Shown here: piece by piece, positions 45,569 to 55,755 of the stretch
Layout: every line of letters starts with the position of its first letter
Numbering within the stretch: position 1 is the first letter of the stretch
Assembly: GCA_963813155.1 (NCBI GenBank)
Contig: CAWEYG010000001.1
Span: 32,001 to 96,000 of the forward strand
Length of the DNA: 64,000 nucleotides
Direction of reading: 5' to 3'
Origin: an uncultured Acidobacteriota bacterium
GTDB lineage: Bacteria > Acidobacteriota > Thermoanaerobaculia > UBA5066 > DATFVB01
Notes under the pieces: generated by a model
What the model saw: only the letters and a program-made list of their open reading frames with translations
The model's database searches: none
Told to the model about the DNA's origin: nothing
Made by a program: the position numbers and the translations under genes

Positions 45569-46433
45569 CTAGTGGAAAATGCAGTCCACGGGTTCCTCGC
45601 CCGCGAACGACGGCTCGATGTAAGAAGGGTCGTTCGAGTGGTTGTTCGTCACCGATCCGTACGCGAAGAAGTACGGCCGGGACCCCGACTCGGCCGAGCT
45701 CGAGGACACGAGGTGCGCGCGGGCGGAGAAGCCCCCGCCTCTCGAGCCGAAGGAGGCGAGCGCCCGGTTCCACTGCACGTGCCCGAGCGGAGGAAGCGTC
45801 GCCTGCAGCGACCCGACCGCGAGCCCCTCCGGATCGAAGAAATCGACCTCGATGACGACCGACGTCGACGGATCCGAGCCGTTCCAGACGCCGACGTTCG
45901 TCCGGAAATCGTCGCTCTCCTCGAGGCCGGTCAGAACGAGAGCGTCCGCGCCGACCGCGGCGGCGCCGGGGTTCGCCTGGTCGTAATAGGGCGAGCCGGT
46001 CTCGAGCGTGCCGACCCCGCCGGCCGACGCGTCGTGAACCCGGGCCTGGACGATCAGCGGAGCGACGACGGCGGGAGCGTCCGCGCGCGACCCGAAATAC
46101 AGCATCGCGCCGAGCGCCGTCGAAAGCCCGAAACCGTTGAGCAGAACGTCCGGCGCGATCAAAGAGCCGCGGGCGGGAATCGGCCCGAGCTCGACCACGT
46201 TGCCCAGCGCGTCGCGATTGTCCGAACCGCCGGTCGGCAGGAAGACGAAGTCGACGAGCGCCGGGGAATCGCCGGCATTCCAGATCGTCAGGTCGGTCAC
46301 CCACGCTCGAGCCGAACGCGCCCGCCGTGCGTCCGACGCTGAGGAGCACTCCCTGGTCCGACGATCGGAATCCCGCGCGGCAGACTCCGGCGCCGAATAT
46401 CGTGATGACAAAGGCAGCCGTGACACCCTTCAT
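45569..46433 (-). CDS. Secreted beta-rich hypothetical protein (frameshift near 46305)
   Basis: Signal-like MKGVTAAFVITIFGAG, GAFGS|WVTDLTIWN, FRTNVGVWN, AYGSVTNNHSNDP. Confidence 0.7.
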
Positions 46434-47742
46434 GCGGACTCCTCCTGCGCCCTCTCGGGCAGGCGAACGGAAACCGAGGTCCCCTCGCCGGCTCGCGACG
46501 AGATCGACAACGTTCCGCCGTGCTCCTGGACGATTCGCGAAGCGACCATGAGGCCCAGACCGCTGCCCCCTTCTTCGTCGTGAAGAAGAGGGACGGGATC
46601 TTCCGAAGGGTTTCCTCCGGAATGCCCTCGCCGCGGTCGGTCACGCGGATTTCCACCGCGCCGTCGACTCGGAGGGCGGCGAGGACGACCTCCTTCCGGA
46701 AAGCCGGTCCGGCCGCCTCCGTCGAGGCGTCGACCGCGTTGCGGATCAGGTTCCAGACCACCTGCCGGATCTTGCCGCTGTCCCAGCGGACCGTCCCCTC
46801 GGGAACCGCCTCGCAGCGGACGTCGACTCCCCTTCCCTTCGACTCGAACGAAGCGAGATCGCAGGTCTCCTTCAGAAACGAAAGAGCGAGAAATCCTCGA
46901 GCCGCAGGGGCGACGGCCGCGCATAAGCCAGGAAATCGCCGACGAGCCGGTCCAGACGCTTCACTTCGGACCTCGTCAGAGAGAACCTCTCCGTTTCGCC
47001 GGGATAATTGTCCTGCAGGTTCTGGAGACTCAGCCCGATCGCGTGAAGAGGATTTCGAATCTCGTGCGCGAGCCCCGCCGCGACCTCGCCGAGCTCGCGG
47101 AATTTCCGATCGTCCGCTCGCGCGAGCTCGAGCTTCCGATTCCGCTCGAGAAGCCTCCAGAGAAACACGTCCGTCGCCGCCAGGGCCGCGAGGCGCGATG
47201 AGCCCGCAGAAAGCGGTCTTCCTCACGAGGTCGGATCGCAGGGACTTCAGCCGCGCTTCGACGGCGTCCTTGGACACCCCGACGTGGACGAATCCGATGT
47301 TCTCGATCGGGACCGCGATGTCGTAGTCGCGCGAGGTCTCCGTCGATCGGCGGCCGGTGCCGTCGGGCAGATCCAGCGAAGGGGTCGGACGCTCGTCGAA
47401 GAACTCCCGCCTTCCCTCCGCGCGCCCCTCGTAGAGGCGGCGGCCGTCGCGGTCCGTGACGGCGATGTACTCCACCGTTCGCTTCTCCTGCAGCACCGAA
47501 TGCAGGTAGAGCTCCGTTTCCTTCGTTCTTTCGCTCACCCGCAGCGCGGCGGACGGCGACGCGAGCTTCCGGGCGATCGACTCGGCGTCCGCCCGCGACT
47601 CCTCGAGCGCCGACGCGACGAACCGGGACGAAAGCGAGCGAAAAATGAGAATGGAAAAGGCGGCGAGAACGAGCAGGAAGAGCAGGCCCGACGCGATCGA
47701 GACGGCGAGAAGGCGACGTTCGAAACGGCGGGCCGCGTCCAC
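46430..47742 (-). CDS. Membrane sensor histidine kinase (frameshifts near 47190, 46880, 46567)
   Basis: Two TMs, LAHEIRNPL, NLIRNA, DRGEGI, FFTTK, GSGLGL distributed over frames. Confidence 0.85.
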
Positions 47743-47751
47743 GCGATTATT

Positions 47752-49566
47752 CTATTCCGCCGCGCCCTTCTTCCTTTCGCGTCGCAGGTAACGATAGTCG
47801 CGAATCCCGAATTCCGACATCTTCGCGATCAGCGAGCCCCGGGAGATGTTGAGCAGCTCCGCGCCTTTGCTCTGATTGCCTTCCACTTTCCTCATCACGC
47901 GATCGATGACCTGGCGCTCGACCGATTCCACGATTTTCTTCAAGTCGTCGACCTCGTGCAGCACCAGCCCGGCTTCCGCCTCGCGAAACTTCGGATCCAG
48001 CCGGTCGAGACCGACGGGTTCGGAAGGCGTGCAGACGGCCGCGAGACGCACGACCTCGTTTTCCAGCTCCCGCGCGTTTCCGGGATAGCGATAGGTGAGA
48101 AGCGCGTTCAGAGCGTCCGGTTCGAGCGGACCGAGTCCGGAGGGGGCATGGCGGCGGACGAAATGCTCGAACAGCGCCGGGATGTCCTCGCGCCGCTCGG
48201 CAAGCGAGGGCAGACGCACCGTGAGCACGGCGAGGCGAAAATAGAGGTCGCGGCGAAAGCTGCCAGTCTCGACCGCGGGCAGGAGGTTCGTCGAGGTCGT
48301 GGCGATCCATCGGATCCGGCTGCGGTCGCCTTCGCCCGAGAGTCCGCCCATCCACTCGAGCAGCCGGGCTTGCGACGCCTGCGGCAAATAGCCGACTTCG
48401 CTGAGGACGAGCGTTCCCCCGGTCGCTTCGTCCACCTTCCCGGAGCGGCGGCGATCGCCCCGGCCCGCCGGAGCGGGGCGCCCGAAGAGCTCTTCCTCAA
48501 GGCGGCTCATGGAAGAACAGTCCACGACGACGTAGGGTCCCGAGGCCAAGTCGCTCTGCCGGTGCAGCGCGATCGCGATCAGGTCCTTCCCGGTGCCGAC
48601 CTCGCCCGAAACCAGAACCGGCGCGCGCGACCTCGCGATTCGCGGAAGATCCAGAACGAGCCGGCGCATCCCGTCGGACGCGGCGACGATCTCCGTTTCC
48701 CGCAGCGGTTCGGGCACGGAAACGGCGTCCGGCGGCGTTCCCGGCTCGGCGTCGGGCGACGAGATCAACGTCCACGCGAGGTCCGCCATCTGGGCGGCCT
48801 CTTCCACGAAGGCGGCGGCCCGTGCCGGAAAACGCTGGCTCTCGCGAGCGGCGAGCACGACCCTTCGCTCGCCGACGCGGGCGGGCGAGGAGAAAAGAAC
48901 GAGGGGACGGTCGCCGTCGAGGTGAATGGGGCCCATGGCCCTTTTCAAGTCGTCCGCGATGCGAACGGGGAAATCGAAGGGCTCCCGGAACGTGCTCGCC
49001 AGCTCCCGGAAATTTCCGGCCGTGTCGAACAGGCCGACGGCCCACTCGTCCGGGCCGAGCTGTTCCGAGAGAAAGCGGCCGAGCTCGCGGGCCGAGGCCG
49101 AAGAGTCCGACTCGCGCTTCAGCCGCCGAAAGAGGTCCAGCCGCAGGCCGCGATATTCCGCCTCGGACAGCCCCGCGGCTGCCGCCGGCACGGGCGAGGG
49201 AGGCGGCGAAACGTGGCCGGGCGTCGCCGAGTCGTCCGCCGCATCGACGCCGGCCACGGGCGTGACGCGGCCCGAGGGCCTGCCGTTGAGCAACGTGATC
49301 GCCGCCTCCCCGATCGTGATCCGGTCTCCGATTCCGAGCGGCCCTCCCAGGGTCTCCTTCCCGTTCACGAAGACCGGCTCGACGCCCCGAAAAACGTCCA
49401 GAAAATAGCCGCCGTCTTTTTCGACAATTCTCGCGTGCCGGCCCGACACTCCCCGGGCCCGGACCACCACCTGGTTCCCGGAAGATGCTCCAATTGTGAC
49501 CAGAGGTCCCGTAACGCGACGGACTTCGGCATCGCCCGATTTCTTACGAACTTCCAAACTCAGCAT
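47752..49566 (-). CDS. FHA-like / GAF-like / sigma54-type AAA+ / Fis-HTH regulator with degenerate motifs
   Basis: VSGRHARI, GEVGTGKD, FRRDLYFRL, YPGNAREL, HTH; no GAFTGA. Confidence 0.85.
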   Translation of the reverse strand: MLSLEVRKKSGDAEVRRVTGPLVTIGASSGNQVVVRARGVSGRHARIVEKDGGYFLDVFRGVEPVFVNGKETLGGPLGIGDRITIGEAAITLLNGRPSGRVTPVAGVDAADDSATPGHVSPPPSPVPAAAAGLSEAEYRGLRLDLFRRLKRESDSSASARELGRFLSEQLGPDEWAVGLFDTAGNFRELASTFREPFDFPVRIADDLKRAMGPIHLDGDRPLVLFSSPARVGERRVVLAARESQRFPARAAAFVEEAAQMADLAWTLISSPDAEPGTPPDAVSVPEPLRETEIVAASDGMRRLVLDLPRIARSRAPVLVSGEVGTGKDLIAIALHRQSDLASGPYVVVDCSSMSRLEEELFGRPAPAGRGDRRRSGKVDEATGGTLVLSEVGYLPQASQARLLEWMGGLSGEGDRSRIRWIATTSTNLLPAVETGSFRRDLYFRLAVLTVRLPSLAERREDIPALFEHFVRRHAPSGLGPLEPDALNALLTYRYPGNARELENEVVRLAAVCTPSEPVGLDRLDPKFREAEAGLVLHEVDDLKKIVESVERQVIDRVMRKVEGNQSKGAELLNISRGSLIAKMSEFGIRDYRYLRRERKKGAAE

Positions 49567-49702
49567 TCGCTCGACTCTCCAGTAGTTTCTCGTGCGGTTG
49601 ATCTTGAGCCGCGCCCCGGTGCTCGTTTTTTGAGTCTCGAACATAGAACAAAGATCGCCCGAGATCAACGGATCGGCGGCGAATTGGCGAGAATCCCAAA
49701 AA

Positions 49703-49748
49703 ACACCGGAACTTGTGTGCGGCGCGGCCGGACCCCCAACATATCGTG
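49703..49748 (+). promoter_or_regulatory. Putative tandem NrdR boxes upstream of smc
   Basis: CCCCAACATATCGTG (49734-49748) and weaker ACACCGGAACTTGTG (49703-49717), 31 bp apart. Confidence 0.45.
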
Positions 49749-49782
49749 GATTTCACCGAAACTGTCTGGTACTCTCCCGGGA

Positions 49783-52700
49783 ATGTTTCACCTCGAGAGC
49801 CTGAGCATTTCCGGCTTCAAGTCGTTCTCGGAATCTGCGCAACTCGCGTTTCCCGGGGCCATCACGGCGGTCATCGGGCCGAACGGTTGCGGCAAATCGA
49901 ACATCTGCGACGCGGTCGCCTGGGCGCTGGGCGAGCAGAGCGCGCGCATCCTCCGGGGCGAAAAGATGGATGACGTCATCTTCAACGGATCGGGCAAGCG
50001 CCGGCCGCTGGGAATGGCGGAGGTCACCCTCACACTGCGCTCGAGCAACGGCGATTTTCCGGAAAACGAAGGCCGCGTCGCGATCGGCCGCCGCGTCTAT
50101 CGCGAGGGCGAGGGCGAGTACTACCTGAACGGCAAGAAGGTGAGGCTCAAGGACGTCCAGGACGTGCTGTTCGGCACGGGGCTCGGCGTCCGCGCGTACT
50201 CGATCATCGAGCAGGGAAAGATCGACCAGGTGCTCTCCTCGAAGCCGCTCGATCGCCGCAAGCTCATCGAGGAGGCGGCGGGAATCACGAAGTACAAGAT
50301 CAAGAAACGGTCGGCCGAGCTCAAGCTCGAAGAAACCCGGGCGAACCTGACCCGCCTCTCCGACATCCTCGCCGAAGTCGAGCGCTCCTGCGCCTCGCTG
50401 AAACGCCAGGCCTCCAAGGCGGAGCGGTACACGGAGAAGACGGCGGCCCTTCGAGCGAAGCGAACCCAGATCGCGCGGCTTCGCTACGACGCCCTCGAGC
50501 TCGCGCTCCGCCAGGCCGAGGCCGCGCTCGGCGCTTCGCGAGACGAGGAAGCCGGCCGATCGGCGGACCTCTCGGCCTGCGAAGCGGCCGAGGCCGAATC
50601 CCGGCGACTGGCCCTGGACGGGCGCGCGCGGAGAGACGCGGCTCGCGAGGAGCTTTCCGCCCGGACTTCGGCCGTCGAGCGCGACGACTCGGCGATCGAG
50701 GCCGCCCGCCGGGCGGAAGTGGAGATCGCCGCGAGGCAGCACGCGCTGACCCGCGATTCGGACGAGCTCGCCCGGGAAACGGAGCTCCGCCGCGAGGCCC
50801 GAGCGGCGGTCGAAGGAACCTGCGCGCGGCGGAAGGCCGAGCTCGACGGCGCCCTGGCGACGAAGAGCCGGGCGACGGACACCAAGAGACTCACGGAAGA
50901 GCGGATCGGCCGGATCGAGGAAGGCCTGGAGGCCGTTCGCCTCGCGATCGCGTCGCTCGCGGGCGATCGAGCCCGGGCGCGCAACGAACGGCACGAGACC
51001 GACCTCGGGCTGGAGCGGATCGCGGCGGCGAGGTCCCGAATTGCGGAAGCGAACGGACGGTTCGAGCTCTCGATCGCGGCGATCGAAATCGAGGTTGCGG
51101 AGTCGGAAGCGGAGAACGGGCGTCGCCGGGACCAGGCGGCCGAGTGCGCCGCCGCCGCCCAGGGGAACGAGACCCGGCTTCAGGACGCCGTCCGGGAAGT
51201 CTCCGACCTCGAGATCGAGCGCGGAGGCTTGCGAGAGGGCCTGGCCGCCGAAGAACAGCGGCGGCGCGCGCTCGAAGAGATGAAGGGTTCGCGCGAGAAG
51301 GGCGCCCAGCGCGTCCTCGACCACCTCCACGCGCGGGGCGAGAGCTCCGACGGCACGGTCGCGTCGAAGCTGGTGCCGAAAGCGGGATGGGAGGGCATTC
51401 TCGACCGGCTCGCCTCGGAAGAGCTGGATGCCGTCGTCGTCGAGGGCGAGGGGTTCGAAGCCGCTTCCCGCCTGCGGGAGGCGGGCGTGGGGGGAACGGT
51501 CCTGGGATCCGGATCGCAGACGCCGTCGGAACCGACCGCGTGGGAGGGCGTTCTGGAGAATTTCCGCGATCTCTCCCCCGCGCTCGTTTCGATCCTTCCG
51601 CCGGTTCTCTTCGTGGAAGACGCTTCCTCGGCCCGCGACGCGGCACGCGCGCACCCCGGCATGCTCGTCGCGAGCCGGTCGGGAGAGATCGTCCGCGGCG
51701 ACCTGTGGCGCGTTCCGGGATCGCAGCCCGAAGCCGCGGGCCCTCTCTCGCTGCGGCGCGAGATCGAAGAACGCCGGGCGAGCATCGAAGGCCTCGGAAG
51801 CCGGCTCGCGGAATGCGAGACCCGCCTCGCGGCCGCCCGCGCGAGACGGGCCGAATACGAAGCCCGGGCGGTCCCGCTCGCCAACGAGCGCCGCGAGGCC
51901 GAAACGGCCGCCGCCGCGCACGCGGCGCGTCTCGCCGAGCGCACCGCCGAACGCGAGCGCCAGCGCCGCGAGCACGAAACCCTTCGAGCGGAAGACGAAA
52001 TGCTCGAGCAGGACGTCGAGCGCCTGTCCTCGACCCGGGCGGAAACGCTCGCCCGCGAAGCCGACCTCGAGCGCGCCGAGCTCGAACAGCGCGGCGCCTC
52101 CGAAACGCACCTGCGGGAGCTCGGAGAGCTGCGTCCCCGCCTCGCGACGGAGCTGGAGAGCGAAGCCGGTGCGCGCGAGACCCTGGAAGGAGCGCGGGAA
52201 AGGCTCGCCTCCGCCGAGCGCGAGCTCTTTGCGCTCTCTTCCCAGGACGAGGCGGCCACGAAAAAAAAGGCCGAGTGGGAAAAGGAGACCGGCGCCCTGC
52301 GGGAACGCCTCGCCACGGCAACCCGCGAGGCGGAGGAGGCCCGGCGCCGCCGCGACGAGAACGTGATCGCCCGGGACACGGCGGCGCGAGCCTTCGAAGG
52401 CCTCTCGGCGGAATCGGAGAATCGCGCGCTCGAAGCGGCGGAAACCGAAGATGCCGTCAAGCGGGTCCGCGTCCTCTTCGACGCCGCTCGCCAGAAGCGG
52501 TTCGACGCCGAAATTCTCCATGCCCGTGTCGCGTCCGATCTCGCGCATGCCGAGGAAGACGCCCGGCGCGAGTTCGGCGTCCCGCCTTCCGAGCTTCCGG
52601 CGGCGGAGGCCCTGTCCGACGAGGAGCGCGAGCGGATCGAGCAGGAAGCGCGGGAGCTCGCCGACCAGATCGAGCGGATGGGGCCCGTCAACGTCCTCGC

Positions 52701-53271
52701 CTTCGAGGAGTACAAGGAGCAGAGCGAGCGCTTCGAATTCCTGACGGCGCAGCGCCTCGACATCGACACCGCGATCTCGTCGCTCCTCGACACGATCCGA
52801 AAGATCAACGCGACGTCCTCGGAACGCTTCGCGGAGGCGTTCGCTGCGATCAACAAGAATTTCTCGGAGCTCTTCCAGCGGCTGTTCCGGGGCGGGTCGG
52901 CGGAGATGAAGCTTCTCGACGAGAACGACCTTCTCGACTCCGGAATCGAGATCACCGCGCAGCCGCCCGGAAAGCGCAACCAGTCGATCCTCCTCCTGTC
53001 GGGCGGCGAAAAGGCGATGACCGCGATCGCCCTCCTGATGGGGATTTTCCGCTACAAGCCGTCGCCCTTCTGCATCCTCGATGAAGTCGACGCGCCGCTC
53101 GACGACGCGAACATCGACCGGTTCGCGCAGCTCATCCGCGAAATGAGCGAGGAGACGCAATTCATCGCGATCACGCACAACAAGCGAACGATGGAAGCGG
53201 CCGACGCGCTCTACGGCGTGACGATGGAAGAGCCGGGCTGCTCGAAGATCGTGTCCGTCAAGTTCGATTGA
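49783..53271 (+). CDS. smc: Chromosome segregation protein SMC
   Basis: GFKSF, GPNGCGKSN, IIEQG, coiled coils, GPVN, LSGGEK, LDEVDAPLD. Confidence 0.96.
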   Translation: MFHLESLSISGFKSFSESAQLAFPGAITAVIGPNGCGKSNICDAVAWALGEQSARILRGEKMDDVIFNGSGKRRPLGMAEVTLTLRSSNGDFPENEGRVAIGRRVYREGEGEYYLNGKKVRLKDVQDVLFGTGLGVRAYSIIEQGKIDQVLSSKPLDRRKLIEEAAGITKYKIKKRSAELKLEETRANLTRLSDILAEVERSCASLKRQASKAERYTEKTAALRAKRTQIARLRYDALELALRQAEAALGASRDEEAGRSADLSACEAAEAESRRLALDGRARRDAAREELSARTSAVERDDSAIEAARRAEVEIAARQHALTRDSDELARETELRREARAAVEGTCARRKAELDGALATKSRATDTKRLTEERIGRIEEGLEAVRLAIASLAGDRARARNERHETDLGLERIAAARSRIAEANGRFELSIAAIEIEVAESEAENGRRRDQAAECAAAAQGNETRLQDAVREVSDLEIERGGLREGLAAEEQRRRALEEMKGSREKGAQRVLDHLHARGESSDGTVASKLVPKAGWEGILDRLASEELDAVVVEGEGFEAASRLREAGVGGTVLGSGSQTPSEPTAWEGVLENFRDLSPALVSILPPVLFVEDASSARDAARAHPGMLVASRSGEIVRGDLWRVPGSQPEAAGPLSLRREIEERRASIEGLGSRLAECETRLAAARARRAEYEARAVPLANERREAETAAAAHAARLAERTAERERQRREHETLRAEDEMLEQDVERLSSTRAETLAREADLERAELEQRGASETHLRELGELRPRLATELESEAGARETLEGARERLASAERELFALSSQDEAATKKKAEWEKETGALRERLATATREAEEARRRRDENVIARDTAARAFEGLSAESENRALEAAETEDAVKRVRVLFDAARQKRFDAEILHARVASDLAHAEEDARREFGVPPSELPAAEALSDEERERIEQEARELADQIERMGPVNVLAFEEYKEQSERFEFLTAQRLDIDTAISSLLDTIRKINATSSERFAEAFAAINKNFSELFQRLFRGGSAEMKLLDENDLLDSGIEITAQPPGKRNQSILLLSGGEKAMTAIALLMGIFRYKPSPFCILDEVDAPLDDANIDRFAQLIREMSEETQFIAITHNKRTMEAADALYGVTMEEPGCSKIVSVKFD

Positions 53272-53305
53272 GAGTTTCGCGGCATCCTGCCGCGTAGCAG
53301 CGCGA

Positions 53306-53353
53306 CCTCTCCCGGCGGGAGAGGATGGCCGCCGAAGGCGGTCAGGTGAGGGG
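53306..53353. repeat. Palindromic REP-like repeat downstream of smc
   Basis: CCTCTCCCGGCGGGAGAGG..GCCGCCGAAGGCGGT..GGTGAGGGG, same family as 22777-22877. Confidence 0.7.
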
Positions 53354-53359
53354 TCGACC

Positions 53360-53388
53360 TTGCCGACATTTCGCAGCGCTGCTATGAT
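53360..53388 (+). promoter_or_regulatory. sigma70-type promoter for tRNA-Thr
   Basis: TTGCCG-17 nt-TATGAT with extended TG. Confidence 0.7.
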
Positions 53389-53402
53389 CGCCGCTCTTTT
53401 GG

Positions 53403-53478
53403 GCCGATGTAGCTCAGTTGGTAGAGCAGCGGTTTCGTAAACCGCAGGTCACCGGTTCAAGTCCGGTCATCGGCTCCA
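53403..53478 (+). tRNA. tRNA-Thr(CGT)
   Basis: Acceptor stem GCCGATG/CATCGGC, arm GCGGT-TTCGTAA-ACCGC, GGTTCAAGT, encoded CCA. Confidence 0.97.
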
Positions 53479-53492
53479 ACCTATTCCAGAGT

Positions 53493-53509
53493 CAGGCATC
53501 GCTCTTGCA
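53493..53509 (+). promoter_or_regulatory. Putative sigma54 (-24/-12) promoter
   Basis: CAGGCATCGCTCTTGCA: GG-N10-GC with GGCA and TTGCA. Confidence 0.6.
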
Positions 53510-53554
53510 ATCTCCCCCGACGACTGCCTCGGAAGGGGCGAAAGGAGCGCTGCA

Positions 53555-53701
53555 ATGTTGTGGACCATCTTCGTGATCCTCCTGATCCTCTGGCTCCTCG
53601 GAATGATCACCTCGTACACCCTGGGCGGGTTCATCCACATCCTTCTCGTGATCGCGCTCGTGGTCCTCGTGATCCGGTTGATTCAGGGCCGCGGAGTCTG
53701 A
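53555..53701 (+). CDS. Small membrane protein, lmo0937 family (48 aa; absent from ORF track)
   Basis: MLWTIFVILLILWLLGMITSYTLGGFIHILLVIALVVLVIRLIQGRGV; AAGGAG RBS. Confidence 0.9.
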   Translation: MLWTIFVILLILWLLGMITSYTLGGFIHILLVIALVVLVIRLIQGRGV

Positions 53702-53723
53702 AGGGATCGTAGCGCCGGAAGGC

Positions 53724-54991
<1,268 letters not shown>

Positions 54992-54995
<4 letters not shown>

Positions 54996-55708
54996 GACTC
55001 TTTCCTCCGGAACCGCAAGATGGCGCACACTTCTTCGCCCTCCTGCCGCAGTTCGAGCTCCGCGCCGCTGCCCTGCGCGGCGCGTCGCGCTCGAAGAAGA
55101 CCGAACCCTCGTCCCGGGCTCGCCTCTCTCTTCGCGACGCCGAAGAGATGCTCGGGGTCGCCCGCCGGGATCCGGCCGGACGACCGGCATGTCAGAACGA
55201 TTTCCGAAGACCGATCCTCGATGGACCAGCGGATCGACCCGGGAGCGGAAGAATGCTCGACCGCGTTTCGGGTGAGCTCGCCGACGGCGAGCCCGACATC
55301 TCGCGGCGACGCGAACCAGCGCGGGTCCGGCCCGGGAGCCGGGAGCTCGAGCAGAAGGCCGCGGGCCATCGCGTCGGCGCGAAGGGGCTCGGAGGCTTCC
55401 GCGATCGCCGCGGCCAGCGAAAACTCGGCCGGCTCCTCGATCTCCTCGTGCGAAGCTTCGGCGATCAAATCGAGCATTCCCGCCGCGCTCTCGAGCGATT
55501 GCTGGCACGTCCGGAGGTTCTCGACAACGGCGGCCAAATCGAATCCGCCGGGCCTCTGCATACGCCGGAGAGCGACCTCCAGGTGCAGGTTCGCCCCCGA
55601 GAGAGGGGTAGAAATCTCGTGCCGGAAGCGCCGCAGGAAGCTCTTCAAGGCTTCTCCCCGGTCTCGCTCGTACAGCGTTTCGCGCGGGATCCGCCCGGTC
55701 TCCTGCAT
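54992..55708 (-). CDS. Sensor-less histidine-kinase-like protein with degenerate ATP-binding domain
   Basis: H-box RHEISTPL, N-box ELTRNA, G2-like GRGFGL; DxGxG absent. Confidence 0.75.
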
Positions 55709-55755
55709 CGCGAAAACGAGTCTAACATAGGGTCGCTGCTAAGATCCCCGGAGCG

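Noticed and set aside
49638-49652. LexA-type GAAC direct repeat upstream of the FHA regulator
   Set aside because: Spacing is GAAC-N3-GAAC, which fits neither the N7 direct-repeat nor the N4 palindromic LexA box.
49753-53178. Long antisense and alternative-frame ORFs (also 25662-28781, 30986-33643, 6754-8676)
   Set aside because: Shadow ORFs typical of high-GC coding DNA: Arg/Pro/Gly-rich, no motifs, overlapping clear genes.
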